From: Candidatus Krumholzibacteriota bacterium
Lineage (GTDB): Bacteria > Krumholzibacteriota > Krumholzibacteriia > JAJRXK01
Direction: 5' to 3'
Length of the DNA: 64,000 nucleotides
NCBI GenBank assembly: GCA_963764625.1
Contig: CAVXTH010000009.1
Span: 224,001 to 288,000 of the forward strand
Shown: positions 49,660 to 59,800 of the stretch, one piece after another
Position numbering within the stretch: the stretch's first letter is position 1
How the letters are laid out: each line of letters begins with the position of its first letter
Program-made: the position numbers and the translations under genes
Notes under the pieces: generated by a model
The model's input: the letters and a program-made list of their open reading frames with translations, nothing else
Told to the model about the DNA's origin: nothing
Databases searched by the model: none

Positions 49660-49675
49660 TGCAAGGCCTTTCCCA
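49660..49675 (-). promoter_or_regulatory. Probable sigma54 promoter driving the leftward hypothetical/GAF genes
   Basis: Minus strand TGGGAA-AGGCC-TTGCA with correct GG/GC spacing. Confidence 0.5.
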
Positions 49676-49721
49676 ACCCGGTCCTTGGCCCTCCGCTCCT
49701 CACTTTCTCCCTCGCGGGGCC

Positions 49722-49782
49722 TTGACAGGGGGGACCGGCGGCCCTAATTATAGGAATAATTCCTGAATCGGAAGAATTCCTA
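49722..49782 (+). promoter_or_regulatory. perR promoter with tandem palindromic Fur/PerR-type boxes
   Basis: TTGACA at 49722; TAGGAATAATTCCTG and TCGGAAGAATTCCTA directly before the ATG. Confidence 0.6.
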
Positions 49783-50240
49783 TGAATGCAAACTCACCCC
49801 AAACTCCGGATCGAGCCTCGCGCCTGCGCGCGGCGGGTCTCAAGCCCACCGCGTCTCGTCTGGCCATCCTGGAGCTTCTCGAAGAGGATCGACGCCATCC
49901 CACGGCCGAAATGCTTCTGGACACCCTCGCGCCCACGATGCCGTCGCTCTCGCTCTCCACCGTCTACGCCAACCTGGAGGCCTTTCTGCAGGCGGGGATG
50001 ATCCGTCGGATTCGAGGCGCCAAGGAGAAGCTGCGGGTCGACGGGACGGTGCAGGATCATGATCACGCGATCTGCCGCAGCTGCGGTGAGGTCTTCGATG
50101 TCCCTCAAACTCTCATCCCGCGGCCTACGACCCCTCCCTTTGCCGGGGAGGAATTCGAATTCGTGGATCTGCATATCGAATATGAAGTGATATGCTCCGC
50201 GTGTCGTGCGCGGCGGAATGGGAACCTTGCCCGAAGCTAA
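49782..50240 (+). CDS. perR: Fur-family regulator, PerR-like
   Basis: HPTAE, SLSTVY.NL, HDHAICRSCG, CSAC; precedes rubrerythrin. Confidence 0.85.
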   Translation: MNANSPQTPDRASRLRAAGLKPTASRLAILELLEEDRRHPTAEMLLDTLAPTMPSLSLSTVYANLEAFLQAGMIRRIRGAKEKLRVDGTVQDHDHAICRSCGEVFDVPQTLIPRPTTPPFAGEEFEFVDLHIEYEVICSACRARRNGNLARS

Positions 50241-50321
50241 AGAGTTTCGTCCACGGGTGCGTGCGCACCCCCAAGTAGGCTCGGATGCTCATGCATCCAC
50301 AATCATGAAGGAGAGTGTTTC

Positions 50322-50741
50322 ATGGCACAGCTCAAGGGCAGCAAAACCCATGAGAATTTGAAGGCCGCGTTCGCGGGCGAGTCCCAGGCCAACCGGCGCT
50401 ATCTTTGGATGGCGAAGGTCGCCGATGTCGAGGGCTATCCCGAGGTCGCGGGAAACTTCCGGGACACCGCCGAGGGCGAGACCGGTCATGCCCACGGGCA
50501 TCTCGACTACCTCAAGCCGGTCGGAGACCCCGCAACCGATGCCCCCATTGGAGACACGGTGGACAACTTGAAATCGGCCATCGCCGGCGAGACCCACGAG
50601 TACACCGAGATGTACCCCAGCATGGCGAAGACGGCGCACGAAGAGGGTTTCAAAGAAATCGCGGATTGGTTCGAGACCCTCGCCAAGGCGGAAAAATCGC
50701 ACGCGGGGCGATTCGACAAGATGCTCAAGAGCATCGGCTGA
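50322..50741 (+). CDS. rbr: Short-chain rubrerythrin (no rubredoxin domain)
   Basis: NLKAAFAGESQANRRY, ETGHA, GETHEYTEMYP, EKSHA. Confidence 0.93.
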   Translation: MAQLKGSKTHENLKAAFAGESQANRRYLWMAKVADVEGYPEVAGNFRDTAEGETGHAHGHLDYLKPVGDPATDAPIGDTVDNLKSAIAGETHEYTEMYPSMAKTAHEEGFKEIADWFETLAKAEKSHAGRFDKMLKSIG

Positions 50742-50761
50742 CGATCAGAGTGAATTCGCAA

Positions 50762-50797
50762 GGGCGGAGCCGAAATCAACTCGTTTCGGCTCCGCTC
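50762..50797 (+). terminator. Strong intergenic stem-loop after rubrerythrin (attenuator or mRNA-stability element)
   Basis: GCGGAGCCGAAA/TTTCGGCTCCGC stem; no U-tract. Confidence 0.5.
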
Positions 50798-50819
50798 GTC
50801 TCAGAAAGGGAACGAATCG

Positions 50820-52181
50820 ATGGGCGATGCAGCCGGTCCGGTCTCCTATCAACCCACCGAGGGGCTATGCTACGATCCCTCCGATCCGCGGTACTGGGAT
50901 GAAAACGGCCTGAAGGCCGAAGTGACACGCACCTTCGAGATTTGCCACGGCTGCCGGCTTTGCTTCAAGTACTGTGACGCCTTTCCGCGCCTTTTCGAAC
51001 TGATCGACAAGAGCTATGACGGCGACGTCCTGGGTCTCACCGAAAACGATACCCAAGGCGTCATGGACGACTGTTTCCAGTGCAAGCTCTGCGAAGTGCA
51101 GTGCCCGTATACGGTGCGGGACAAGCACGAATACCAGCTCGATTTTCCCAAGCTCGTCCACCGTTACAAGGCGCAGAGGGCGCGCAAGCGAGGGCTATCG
51201 CTCTCCGACAAGGTGCTGTCCCAACCCGATCGGGCGGGCAGCATGGCCAGAGCCAGTTTCGGACTGGCCAACGTCATGAACCGGGTGGGCCTGCATCGCT
51301 GGTTCATGGAGAAGGTCTTGGGAGTCGATCGCCGCAAGCTGCTTCCCGATTTTGCCGCGCGCACCTTTGAGTCCTGGGCGAAGTCGAAAGGTCTGACCGC
51401 AAAGCCGCCCGGAGGCGAGGCGGTTCTTTTCCAGACTTGCTTCGTGCAGAACAACGAACCGGACATCGGGCAGGACACGGTCGCGGTTTTCCAGCGCAAT
51501 CAGGTCGATCTTCGCTGCGTGGAGGGCTTGCAGTGCTGTGGCATGCCGGCCTGGGAGCGGGGCGACCTCGAGTCGGTGAGAAAGCAGGCGCACGCGAATC
51601 TGGACCTCCTTTTGCCGTACGTGGAAAAAGGAGCGAGAGTCATCGCGATCAATCCCACCTGTTCCATGATGATGCGGCGCGACTACCCCGAGCTGCTCGA
51701 GGGCAGCGACCGCCAGCGCGCCGAGAAGCTGGCCGAGGCTGTCATGGATCCCAGCGAGTATCTGTGGAGCCTGCGCGATCAAGAGCGTTTCAACACGGAC
51801 TTCCGCTCCAGCCCGGGGGAGAGCGTGGCCTACCACGCGCCCTGCCACCTCCGCGCGCAGGGGGTAGGCTTCAAGGGACGCGACCTGCTACGGATGATCC
51901 CTGGGGTCAAACCGACCACCACCATGGAGTGCTGCGGACACGACGGCACCTTCGCGATGACCACCCACGGCTTCGAGCCCTCGAAACGGATTGGCCAGCG
52001 CGCGTTCGATGGGGTTCAGGACGGCTCGGCCGAAGTGTGGAGCACGGATTGTCCACTGGCCGCCATCCAGTTTGCGCAGCACGCGGGACGCAAGCCCATG
52101 CATCCCATGTCGATTCTGGCCCGCGCGTACGAAGAGAACGGTTTTCCTCGGCCGGTAAAGGATACGAACGATCAAGAGTGA
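50820..52181 (+). CDS. Fe-S oxidoreductase, GlpC/HdrD-like with CCG domains
   Basis: CHGCRLCFKYC, CFQCKLCEVQCP, CCGMP, CCGHDG. Confidence 0.88.
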   Translation: MGDAAGPVSYQPTEGLCYDPSDPRYWDENGLKAEVTRTFEICHGCRLCFKYCDAFPRLFELIDKSYDGDVLGLTENDTQGVMDDCFQCKLCEVQCPYTVRDKHEYQLDFPKLVHRYKAQRARKRGLSLSDKVLSQPDRAGSMARASFGLANVMNRVGLHRWFMEKVLGVDRRKLLPDFAARTFESWAKSKGLTAKPPGGEAVLFQTCFVQNNEPDIGQDTVAVFQRNQVDLRCVEGLQCCGMPAWERGDLESVRKQAHANLDLLLPYVEKGARVIAINPTCSMMMRRDYPELLEGSDRQRAEKLAEAVMDPSEYLWSLRDQERFNTDFRSSPGESVAYHAPCHLRAQGVGFKGRDLLRMIPGVKPTTTMECCGHDGTFAMTTHGFEPSKRIGQRAFDGVQDGSAEVWSTDCPLAAIQFAQHAGRKPMHPMSILARAYEENGFPRPVKDTNDQE

Positions 52182-52232
52182 GAGTGGATGGTGATCATCC
52201 ACTGCGAAAAGATAGAGCGAGGTATCGACGAA

Positions 52233-52790
52233 ATGCAAAAGGTACGGCGAGAGGAACTACTCGACTACCAGAGCTACGATGAAGTTCGAAACGAAGAGCG
52301 AGAACGAATCCTTCCGATCAAGGAGCCGCGACGCATCGCGCTGGGGGAGAACCTCGTCTTCCTCTTCGAGAACGCAGCCACCATTCGCTACCAAATCCAG
52401 GAGATGATGCGCGCCGAACAGATGGTCAAGGAGGCAGCCATTCGTGACGAGATGGAAACCTACAACTCTCTGCTCGGCGACGAAGGGCAGTTGGCCTGCG
52501 CGCTCCTGGTCACGATCGACGATCCGGTGGAGCGCCGGCAGAAACTGGAGCAGTGGCTCTCGCTTCCGGGCCACATCTACCTGAAACTCGAAGATGGAAG
52601 CAGAGTCTACGCCGAGTACGACCCTTCTCAGGTGGGCGAGGATCGGCTGAGTGCGGTGCAGTATCTGAAGTTTGACCTCGAAGGACGGCCTCCGGTGGCC
52701 ATCGGATCCGACTTGGATGCGCTCGAAGTGGAGGCCGCACTCCGCCCGGAGCAGGAGGCGGCACTGATGGAGGATTTGAAGGGGCGCTAG
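52233..52790 (+). CDS. DUF3501-family protein
   Basis: RRIALGE...FEN..TIRYQIQEMMRAE...YN.L...SAVQYLKF; usual rbr-associated context. Confidence 0.85.
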   Translation: MQKVRREELLDYQSYDEVRNEERERILPIKEPRRIALGENLVFLFENAATIRYQIQEMMRAEQMVKEAAIRDEMETYNSLLGDEGQLACALLVTIDDPVERRQKLEQWLSLPGHIYLKLEDGSRVYAEYDPSQVGEDRLSAVQYLKFDLEGRPPVAIGSDLDALEVEAALRPEQEAALMEDLKGR

Positions 52791-52812
52791 AGCGCGCCTT
52801 GGTTTCTTGGCC

Positions 52813-53841
52813 TCAGCGCGGACCGGCCCCTTCGGGTGGGGTGAAGACGAAAGGCGTCTTGAAACTCACGCTGCCCTTGGGAATGGGAGGAAAGCGCCAG
52901 GCGCGAATCTGCGTGAGCACGCAGTCGACGACCTCTGAGTCGTGGAGGTCGTTCTGCACGACCTCCGCCGCATCGACGCTGCCATCCGCCGCCACCACCA
53001 GACTCACGACCAGCTTTCCCCGCAGGCCAGGCCGCTTCTTGAGCTGATTGTCGTAGCAGAATTGGATGCCGGCCGCATAGCGACGCACTACGGCCAACAG
53101 GGAAGCATTGCTTCTGAGCTCTCCGCCGCCTCCCTGCGATCCGCCCTCGAAGCTCCCGCCTTCTGTGCCTTCCTCGCTGGCGCCGTCTCCGCCGAGCTCG
53201 GCGATCGAGGCGATGCTGATGCCATTGGATTGCAGCCCACCGCCGCCGACCTCTCCCGCTTCGGTGACCTCCACTCCGCTCACCGAAGCGAGCTGACCCA
53301 GGTCACGTCCCGATCGAACCCGATGCGAGCGCCGATGGTGGCTTCCGGTGGCGGCGGAATGCGACGCCGGCAGTGAGGTGCTCAACTGATCCAGGGCTTT
53401 GTCCAGAGTGCTTTGCACCCCTTTGAGGTTTTGCGTGATCTCCACGGTGGCCTTCTCGCGTCCCTTGCGTCCCGCCTGTGAATCAGCCTTTGGAACGATG
53501 GCGTGCCTCTGCACGCGCGGCTTGGGTGTGGGCACAGGTTGCACGGTCTTGACCGAAGCCGGGTTCTCCTTGGGCTCGTTCTGCAGTTTCGCCAGCTTCT
53601 CCAGGGCTCTGGGAGGTGATGGCGGCGCCTTGGGTTTTTCCAGGATGAGTTTGGCGAAGCGCTCGGGAACTTGCTCCAATTGAAGCTCCATTTCGGCCGG
53701 TTTGGGCACGATGAAAATCGCGACCAGAGTCAACAGACCCAGAATTCCCGCGCTGGTGAAGCAGTTCTTGAGCGCACGATCATAACGGCCCCAAACGGAC
53801 TGCCGATACGCAATGGGAATGCCGGCACCGATGCTGGCCAT
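52813..53841 (-). CDS. TonB/TolA-like energy transducer with AgmX/PglI-type C-terminal domain (GltG-like)
   Basis: Single N-terminal TM, VPERFAKLIL, Pro/Lys/Gly-rich linker, IQFCY..LK.RPGLRGKLVV...CV...WRFP...F.TPFVF. Confidence 0.82.
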   Translation of the reverse strand: MASIGAGIPIAYRQSVWGRYDRALKNCFTSAGILGLLTLVAIFIVPKPAEMELQLEQVPERFAKLILEKPKAPPSPPRALEKLAKLQNEPKENPASVKTVQPVPTPKPRVQRHAIVPKADSQAGRKGREKATVEITQNLKGVQSTLDKALDQLSTSLPASHSAATGSHHRRSHRVRSGRDLGQLASVSGVEVTEAGEVGGGGLQSNGISIASIAELGGDGASEEGTEGGSFEGGSQGGGGELRSNASLLAVVRRYAAGIQFCYDNQLKKRPGLRGKLVVSLVVAADGSVDAAEVVQNDLHDSEVVDCVLTQIRAWRFPPIPKGSVSFKTPFVFTPPEGAGPR

Positions 53842-53842
53842 C

Positions 53843-54337
53843 TCAGGAACTTCCTAGAACGGCGAGAGAGATGTTCTCGTAGCCGCTTGCATTGCAGGTG
53901 TACATGACTCTTTGCAGGATCTCGAACTGAATCGCCCGGTCCCCCTGGATGGAAATGCGGCCCTGAAAGTCGTCCGGCTTTTCTCCCCGCTGCCGGGCGA
54001 TCTGAAGGCTGTGCTTTCGCGCCTTCTCGAGGCGATCCGCGAGTGCCGGAATGAGCATGTCGCTGTGAGCAATCTCATGGCTCACCGAGGCCACTAGCTC
54101 CGAATCCACCATGATGTTGTCCTTGAAGATCGCGATGACGACCGCGGATTGCGGTGACGCCTCGCTGGTAGATTTGGGAAGGTCCACCCCCGGCACCGGG
54201 GTGACGACCTCTCCATCCACCACGAAGCTCTTGAGCAGAAAGAGCAAGAGCACGGTGAGAATGTCCATCATCGAGGTCATGCGCAGCGGAGCATGTCCAC
54301 TGCGGATCGGAATGAGTCGATGTCCTCTGCGTCGCAC
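53843..54337 (-). CDS. exbD: ExbD/TolR-family protein (AglS-like)
   Basis: LRMTSMMDILTVLLLFLLKSF; IQGDRAIQF..L.RVMYTC...GY. Confidence 0.88.
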   Translation of the reverse strand: MRRRGHRLIPIRSGHAPLRMTSMMDILTVLLLFLLKSFVVDGEVVTPVPGVDLPKSTSEASPQSAVVIAIFKDNIMVDSELVASVSHEIAHSDMLIPALADRLEKARKHSLQIARQRGEKPDDFQGRISIQGDRAIQFEILQRVMYTCNASGYENISLAVLGSS

Positions 54338-54349
54338 GTTCAGACTCTC

Positions 54350-54811
54350 CTAGTGACCGGAATCTCCGAGAAGTGAAATCGCGCCCATCCCCGACCCGCG
54401 GGAAATATCCATGACTCTGACGATATCGTCGTAGCGAGTATTGGGCTGAGAGACGATGACGAGCTCCTCGTTCTCCGGATGGTCGTGTTTGATTCCCTCG
54501 AGGATCGAGCTCAGCTTCGTCTCGGCGTCCTCACTCTTGCGGGTCACGACGCGTCGAGACAGTTTGCGGCCCTGCACGACGTACTCGTCGTCGCGGATCC
54601 TGACCGACAGGTTCAGAGCATCCGCGGGGATCGAGGACACGTCCGCCTCGGCATCGTCGCTGGGAAGCTGCATGTCGATGGCGGACACTTTGAGGAATAC
54701 CGCCGAGATCAGGAGCATGGGTATGAGGGCGACGAAGAGATTCATGAGGGGCATGATCTCCAAATCGCTCTCGATGAGCTGGCGGTAACCTCGATGACTG
54801 CGCTTGCGCAT
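54350..54811 (-). CDS. exbD: ExbD/TolR-family protein, second paralog, with Asn at the TM Asp position
   Basis: LEIMPLMNLFVALIPMLL; Y..IVRVMD. Confidence 0.85.
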   Translation of the reverse strand: MRKRSHRGYRQLIESDLEIMPLMNLFVALIPMLLISAVFLKVSAIDMQLPSDDAEADVSSIPADALNLSVRIRDDEYVVQGRKLSRRVVTRKSEDAETKLSSILEGIKHDHPENEELVIVSQPNTRYDDIVRVMDISRGSGMGAISLLGDSGH

Positions 54812-54821
54812 GGGTGGTCTC

Positions 54822-55460
54822 CTAGACAGGATTGCCGCCGCTCAAGCTGCGGATGATCCGGATGCTGGCCTCGTCGACGTTTTCGATGATCGCTTCGACC
54901 TTGCTCACCAGGAAGCCGTGGACGAGCAGGGTGGGAACCGCCACGATGAGACCGAATGCGGTGGTATTGAGCGCCTGGCTGATTCCGGCGGCCAAGAAGG
55001 CGCTTCGCTGCGAGGGATCGGCGGCGCCCACTGCGCTGAACGCAGTGGTCAAACCGAAAATGGTCCCCAGCAGCCCCAGGAGGGTGGCGGAGTTCGCCAG
55101 CATGTTGAGATAGGGAAGGCGTCGCGAAAGAGGAGGCAGCACCAGAGTGGCCGCTCCGTCGGCCGCATTCTGCAGCTTCTCTTCGCTGGGCACCGTCGTG
55201 CGATTGAGAATCGCGACGGCGACTTCACCCACCGGACCTTTTACCTTTTGCGCCAGCGCGATGGCCTTGGCGTATTCCCCCTTGGCCACCATGCGGATGA
55301 GGTCTCTCGTCAGCTTACCATTATTAACGGAAGCCGCGCGCCCGATGACCCAGAGACGCTCCAGAGTGAGCGCGAGGATCGTGACGCCGGTGAGAAGAAT
55401 GATGAACATGAAGGGTCCACCGTCCTGGAAAAACGCGGCAAACTTCGAAAAATACTGCAT
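54822..55460 (-). CDS. MotA/TolQ/ExbB proton-channel protein (AglR-like)
   Basis: GGPFM...LERL, ATLLGLLGTIFGL..AF, GISQALNTTAFGLIVAVP. Confidence 0.92.
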   Translation of the reverse strand: MQYFSKFAAFFQDGGPFMFIILLTGVTILALTLERLWVIGRAASVNNGKLTRDLIRMVAKGEYAKAIALAQKVKGPVGEVAVAILNRTTVPSEEKLQNAADGAATLVLPPLSRRLPYLNMLANSATLLGLLGTIFGLTTAFSAVGAADPSQRSAFLAAGISQALNTTAFGLIVAVPTLLVHGFLVSKVEAIIENVDEASIRIIRSLSGGNPV

Positions 55461-55535
55461 TGCCCAAGCTCCTTGGATACGAGCTCGACTCGTGGTCGAG
55501 TCGTGTTCTTTCTTTCGACCGTGCTCGGCGGTCGG

Positions 55536-55856
55536 CTACTTCTGCATTGGTGGATGCGCTAACAACGCTCGGAAGCGGTAGGGAAAGACGACCTGATGGC
55601 CGATCTCCAAGGCCGATTCCCGATAGCGCTCGCGGAGACCGTCCGAAAAGCGAGGATGGTCCCGCGAGGTGATGAAAAGAACCTGTGGAATGTCGATCTC
55701 CCCTTCGATCTTGATTTCCTCCAGGGTGCGCACGGCTTTCTTGACCTCGCTTTTCTCCTTCACTTGCGCGTTCACGCTCACGGGTGCCGTAAAGATGAGC
55801 GTGAAAACGGCTAGGGTGAACAAAGCGAGGAAGGGGTTGTTCCGATCAGTGCGCAC
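55536..55856 (-). CDS. Small exported protein, GltF/CglF-like
   Basis: Signal peptide; LEEIKIEGEIDIPQVLFI motif; lies between the TPR lipoprotein and the motor genes. Confidence 0.6.
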   Translation of the reverse strand: MRTDRNNPFLALFTLAVFTLIFTAPVSVNAQVKEKSEVKKAVRTLEEIKIEGEIDIPQVLFITSRDHPRFSDGLRERYRESALEIGHQVVFPYRFRALLAHPPMQK

Positions 55857-56700
55857 GATCCACCCCTTGATGCGCGGCCAGCTCGATCCCGAACACCGCG
55901 CCGAGCTCGTCGGGATCGGAGCTGTCGAGTGTGGCGTAACGCTCGAACCACTCCCGTCCCTTTTGCTTGTCGTAGAAGTAGTAGGTGTCGACGATGGCGA
56001 GGTTGTACAACGCGCCGCTCAATTTCTGATCGAGCTCGAGGGCTTTCAGAAATGCGGCGCGCGCGCCTTCGGGATCTCCAGAGTAGAGCAGCGCGATTCC
56101 GTAGTCGTTCTGATTCGACGCGCTGTGAGGATTCGTCTTCAACGCCGCCTCGGCCAGCTCCAGCGAATCCTGGAACTTCTCGCTGCGCAGACTCACGTAG
56201 GTCGCAGCGCTGGTGAACATCGCCTTGGCATGAGAGGACTGCCGCAAGAGCTCTTGCGCGCGCTCGGACTTGCCGAGCGCGTCCAGATTGAGAGCCAGAG
56301 CGATGCGCAGAGCATCGACCTCAGGGCCCTCGCCGATGACGGCCGGCTCGAGAAGTTCAGCCGCCTCCTCGAACTCTCCCGCCTGGTATTGAAGCTTGGA
56401 GAGGAGAAGCAAGGCCGGCGGATAATCGGGACGCAGAGTCAGCGCGTGCTTAAGGGAAGTTCGCGCCTCTGCCGTCGAGTCGGTGGCGATCTGAATTTGC
56501 GCCGCACGATACGGCCAGTAGGGTTCCTGCGGCATGAGAGTCATCTGCTCACGGGTCCCGGCGAGCTCGTGCTGCCAATCCGCCATCGAGGGCGCGGGTG
56601 AGCTTTCGGGATCGTCGTGGAGGCGATCCCCCTTTCCGCAGGCATTCACCAGGGTCGAAAGGAGTATCAGGGTAAGAACTCCGAAGATCTTCGCGCGCAT
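55846..56700 (-). CDS. TPR lipoprotein (GltE-like)
   Basis: Lipobox-like LVNA-C; TPRs ending NDYGIAL...ALYNLAIVDTYY...FERY; alternative start at 56844. Confidence 0.75.
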   Translation of the reverse strand: MRAKIFGVLTLILLSTLVNACGKGDRLHDDPESSPAPSMADWQHELAGTREQMTLMPQEPYWPYRAAQIQIATDSTAEARTSLKHALTLRPDYPPALLLLSKLQYQAGEFEEAAELLEPAVIGEGPEVDALRIALALNLDALGKSERAQELLRQSSHAKAMFTSAATYVSLRSEKFQDSLELAEAALKTNPHSASNQNDYGIALLYSGDPEGARAAFLKALELDQKLSGALYNLAIVDTYYFYDKQKGREWFERYATLDSSDPDELGAVFGIELAAHQGVDRAH

Positions 56701-56853
56701 CGCCTCGGGATGGACGAAGCATTCTGCAAACTGCTCTCTCATCGGGCGCATGGGTCTTCTCAGAACTCCTCTTGGCTGCGCATCGAGGATCGCCGTACGC
56801 GCGGTCCGTACACCTGGAGGTGTGCGTGCAATCCGTGTTCCCATCGGCTCATC

Positions 56854-59800
56854 CTATTCGGAGCCGCGGGAAGGGGCGGCGGCGTTCACGAGAGGGTAGT
56901 CGACTGTTGGACGGTGGAGGAAGCGCTGTGCCACCCGGGGCCACAGAGTGTGACGTGTCTTGGCGAGCCAGCCTCCTTCGTCCTCACTGCCCAGGGGATT
57001 CTGGCGCAGCATTTCGTTCCACGCCTCTTCGCCTCGATCGTAGAAGCTCCAGCTCTGTTCCTTCAGTACTTCGTCGTACGAGAGCAGCTCATCCTCATTC
57101 AATCCCTGCGGGCGTTGGCTTTGCTGCAACGCGTCGCCGAACTCGATGAGAGCTTCTCCGATGCGATAGGCCGAGGCGTGGGTGTAGAGACGAATCTCGT
57201 ACTTGGTGCATTTCTGGTAGGCGCTCAAAAGCTCCTCGAGCTTGAGCTTTTTGGCGTCGATGGAAGCGGGCAGCGGTTGGGTGAGCTTCAAGGCCGAGTA
57301 TTCTTCATGAATGGCCTCCGCTTTCAAGAACTCCACCTGGGCCAGAATCGAGGGCTGCGCGCGGTCGGGATGGGACTCGGCCAGAGCCAGGTACGCGCTC
57401 AGATTCGAGGCGGTGGAGTCGGCCTGCGCGGTCTTGGCTGCGTCACCGCGGCCAGTGAGGAGAGTGGCCAGGGTGATTTCGCCCGCCGTCACTCGCTGAA
57501 GTTCGCGTTGCGCGCGCGCCTCGCGAATTTCCATGGCCGAGTCGAATTCACCCGGGTAACGGCGCAGAAATTCGTCATTCAGAGCCTCGGCTTTGGAGTG
57601 CTCTCCCGCTTGCTCCATCAACTCTGCCGCCTTCAGCAAAGCGTCAGTTCCATCAATATCTTGGGGAAACCGCCGGCTGAAGTTCGCGTATGCCAACGCC
57701 GCTTCCTGCTTTTCGCCGTGGCTCTCGTAGGCTTTGGCGATCTGCAGCGCCGCGTCTCGCGCCTGGTCGCTCTCGGGATGCTCCCGCAGCAATTCCCTGA
57801 ATGCGGAGACGGCCGGCTCGAGCTGATCCGTTTGCAGGTACCCCAATCCCCCCCGGTAGAGAGACTGATCGGCGTGCGCGAACTCGGGGAAGCGCTGCGC
57901 CAGCTCCACGAACAGAGGAGCCGCCTTGCCCTCACCCGCGCTCGAATCGCTGTGCGCCACGGATTCGGCGTTCTCGTAGTAGCACAGGGGGATGATGGGT
58001 CGCAGCCCGAGGGCCAGGGAATCCTGACCGGCAGCTACCGCGGCGGAGAGAGCGGTCTCGTAGGCCGTCGCCGCGTCCCGGAAGGCGCCGTCGCGATGCA
58101 GGGCGTCGCCTTGAAGCCGCAAGCTCAGCGGGACGCGTTCGTCGTCGGGCTGATACTCCGCCATCTCGCCGAAGCGACGCGCCGCCTCGCGGTTCCAGGC
58201 GTGACGGTACGCCAACTGTGCCTCACGCCAACGCAGCTCACCAGAGAGAGCGTCGTGCGGATAGCGCTGTAGGTACTCGTCGCCCAGAACCAGGACCTTT
58301 CTCGCCAGACTGTCCGCGCCCGCACTCGATGCGGCGGCGGTGGTATCGACCGAGCTCTGGTACCACTGGTCCGCCGTCGCCACGCACTGCCAGGCCGCGT
58401 CCTTCGCGAAAGCGGCGGTATCACCAGCTGCCACCGTGAAATAAGAGATGGCGCGGGCATAGCTCCCCAGGGCGGTAGCGGCTTCGCCCGCCTGGTAGGA
58501 AAGGCGCGCGCTCTCCGGTTGCGCCGGCCAGTGGGTCAGGAAGGTCTCGTAGGAGTCGAGCGCCCGCCGCCAGTCCTCAGAAGAGTCGGATTTCTTCGCA
58601 CGCTGGTGCCAGTAGACCGCTGCGTCACGGTAACTGGACTTGGCGAATTCCAATGCCTCCTCGCGCCGTGCCTCATCTTGATTGGCCAGGTACCACGTGC
58701 CGCCCTCCATGAAGAGTGGGGCCAGTTCGAGGCAGGTTCGCCGGCCTTCGTCGTTTCGGTTCCAGCGGCCGTAGCTGTCGACCATGCGCTTGGCCAGATC
58801 GAGGGCCGCGGATTTGCGCGGATAGCGGCTGAGAAAGAGCTTGTCGCAGGCGATGGACTCTTCGTACAGACTGTAGCTTTTCAAGAGCGCGCCCATCGTG
58901 GCCAGGATTCGCGATTCATACGGCCGGCTGCCCACTCCGTCGAAGAAGGACGCGAAGGTCTCAGCCCCCCCGCCACGCACCAGACTGTGTACGAGGTACT
59001 CTTCTGCCTCGTCCCTGAGATCGGTGCTGGACGCCAGGTCCTCGTGGGCGGAGTAGAGATCGAGCAGACTTCGGAAGCCGTCGGCCGCGTCGAGGAAGCG
59101 ATCCTGCTCGTAGTAAGCCCATCCCAATTTGTAGTAGGCGATCGCCGAGAGAGAAGCGTCCGTCCCCCCCGCGGCCTTGCGTAAAAGTGGGACCGCGGCG
59201 GCATAGTCCTTCGCGTTGAATCGTTCGTCACCCAGGCGGAGCCAAGCTTCCTGCGCGTATTGGGACTCAGGGTACTGTTGCACCAGACGCTGCAGTTGAG
59301 CCGAGCCCTCGGCCTGCCCGTCATCGCTGAGCACCATGCCCAGGGCGTAGAGCACCGCGTCGAGATGGGGGAAGTCGGTATCCTCCGCTAGAATCTTGCG
59401 GTAGAGCTCGACTACCGGCCCGTACTCGATGAACGGGGCCCAGCGGCGATCGTTCAACTGACGGTCGCTGGGCTTTTCCTTCAGGAAGCCCGCCATGCGG
59501 CCCTGGAACTTCTGGCGCGCGTCCAGGAGCTTCAGATCTGCCAGACGAAATCGGCATTCTCCTCGCGTGAAGCTGTCCGGATACTGCGTCAGAAAATCTT
59601 CGATTCTGCCGATGGCCTGTTCACGCGCAGTCTGCACGAGCTGGGTTTGCTCGTTCGTCTTGGGATCCGTCGCCACTTCGATCGCCTGCTCGAACGCGGC
59701 ATCGGCCAGGTGGTAGTCGAGCGACTCCCTCTCCTTGCTCAGCTTCTCTTGCCCGCGCCGCGCCACCCGAAGTGCGATCGCGGCTCGCACTTCGGACTGC

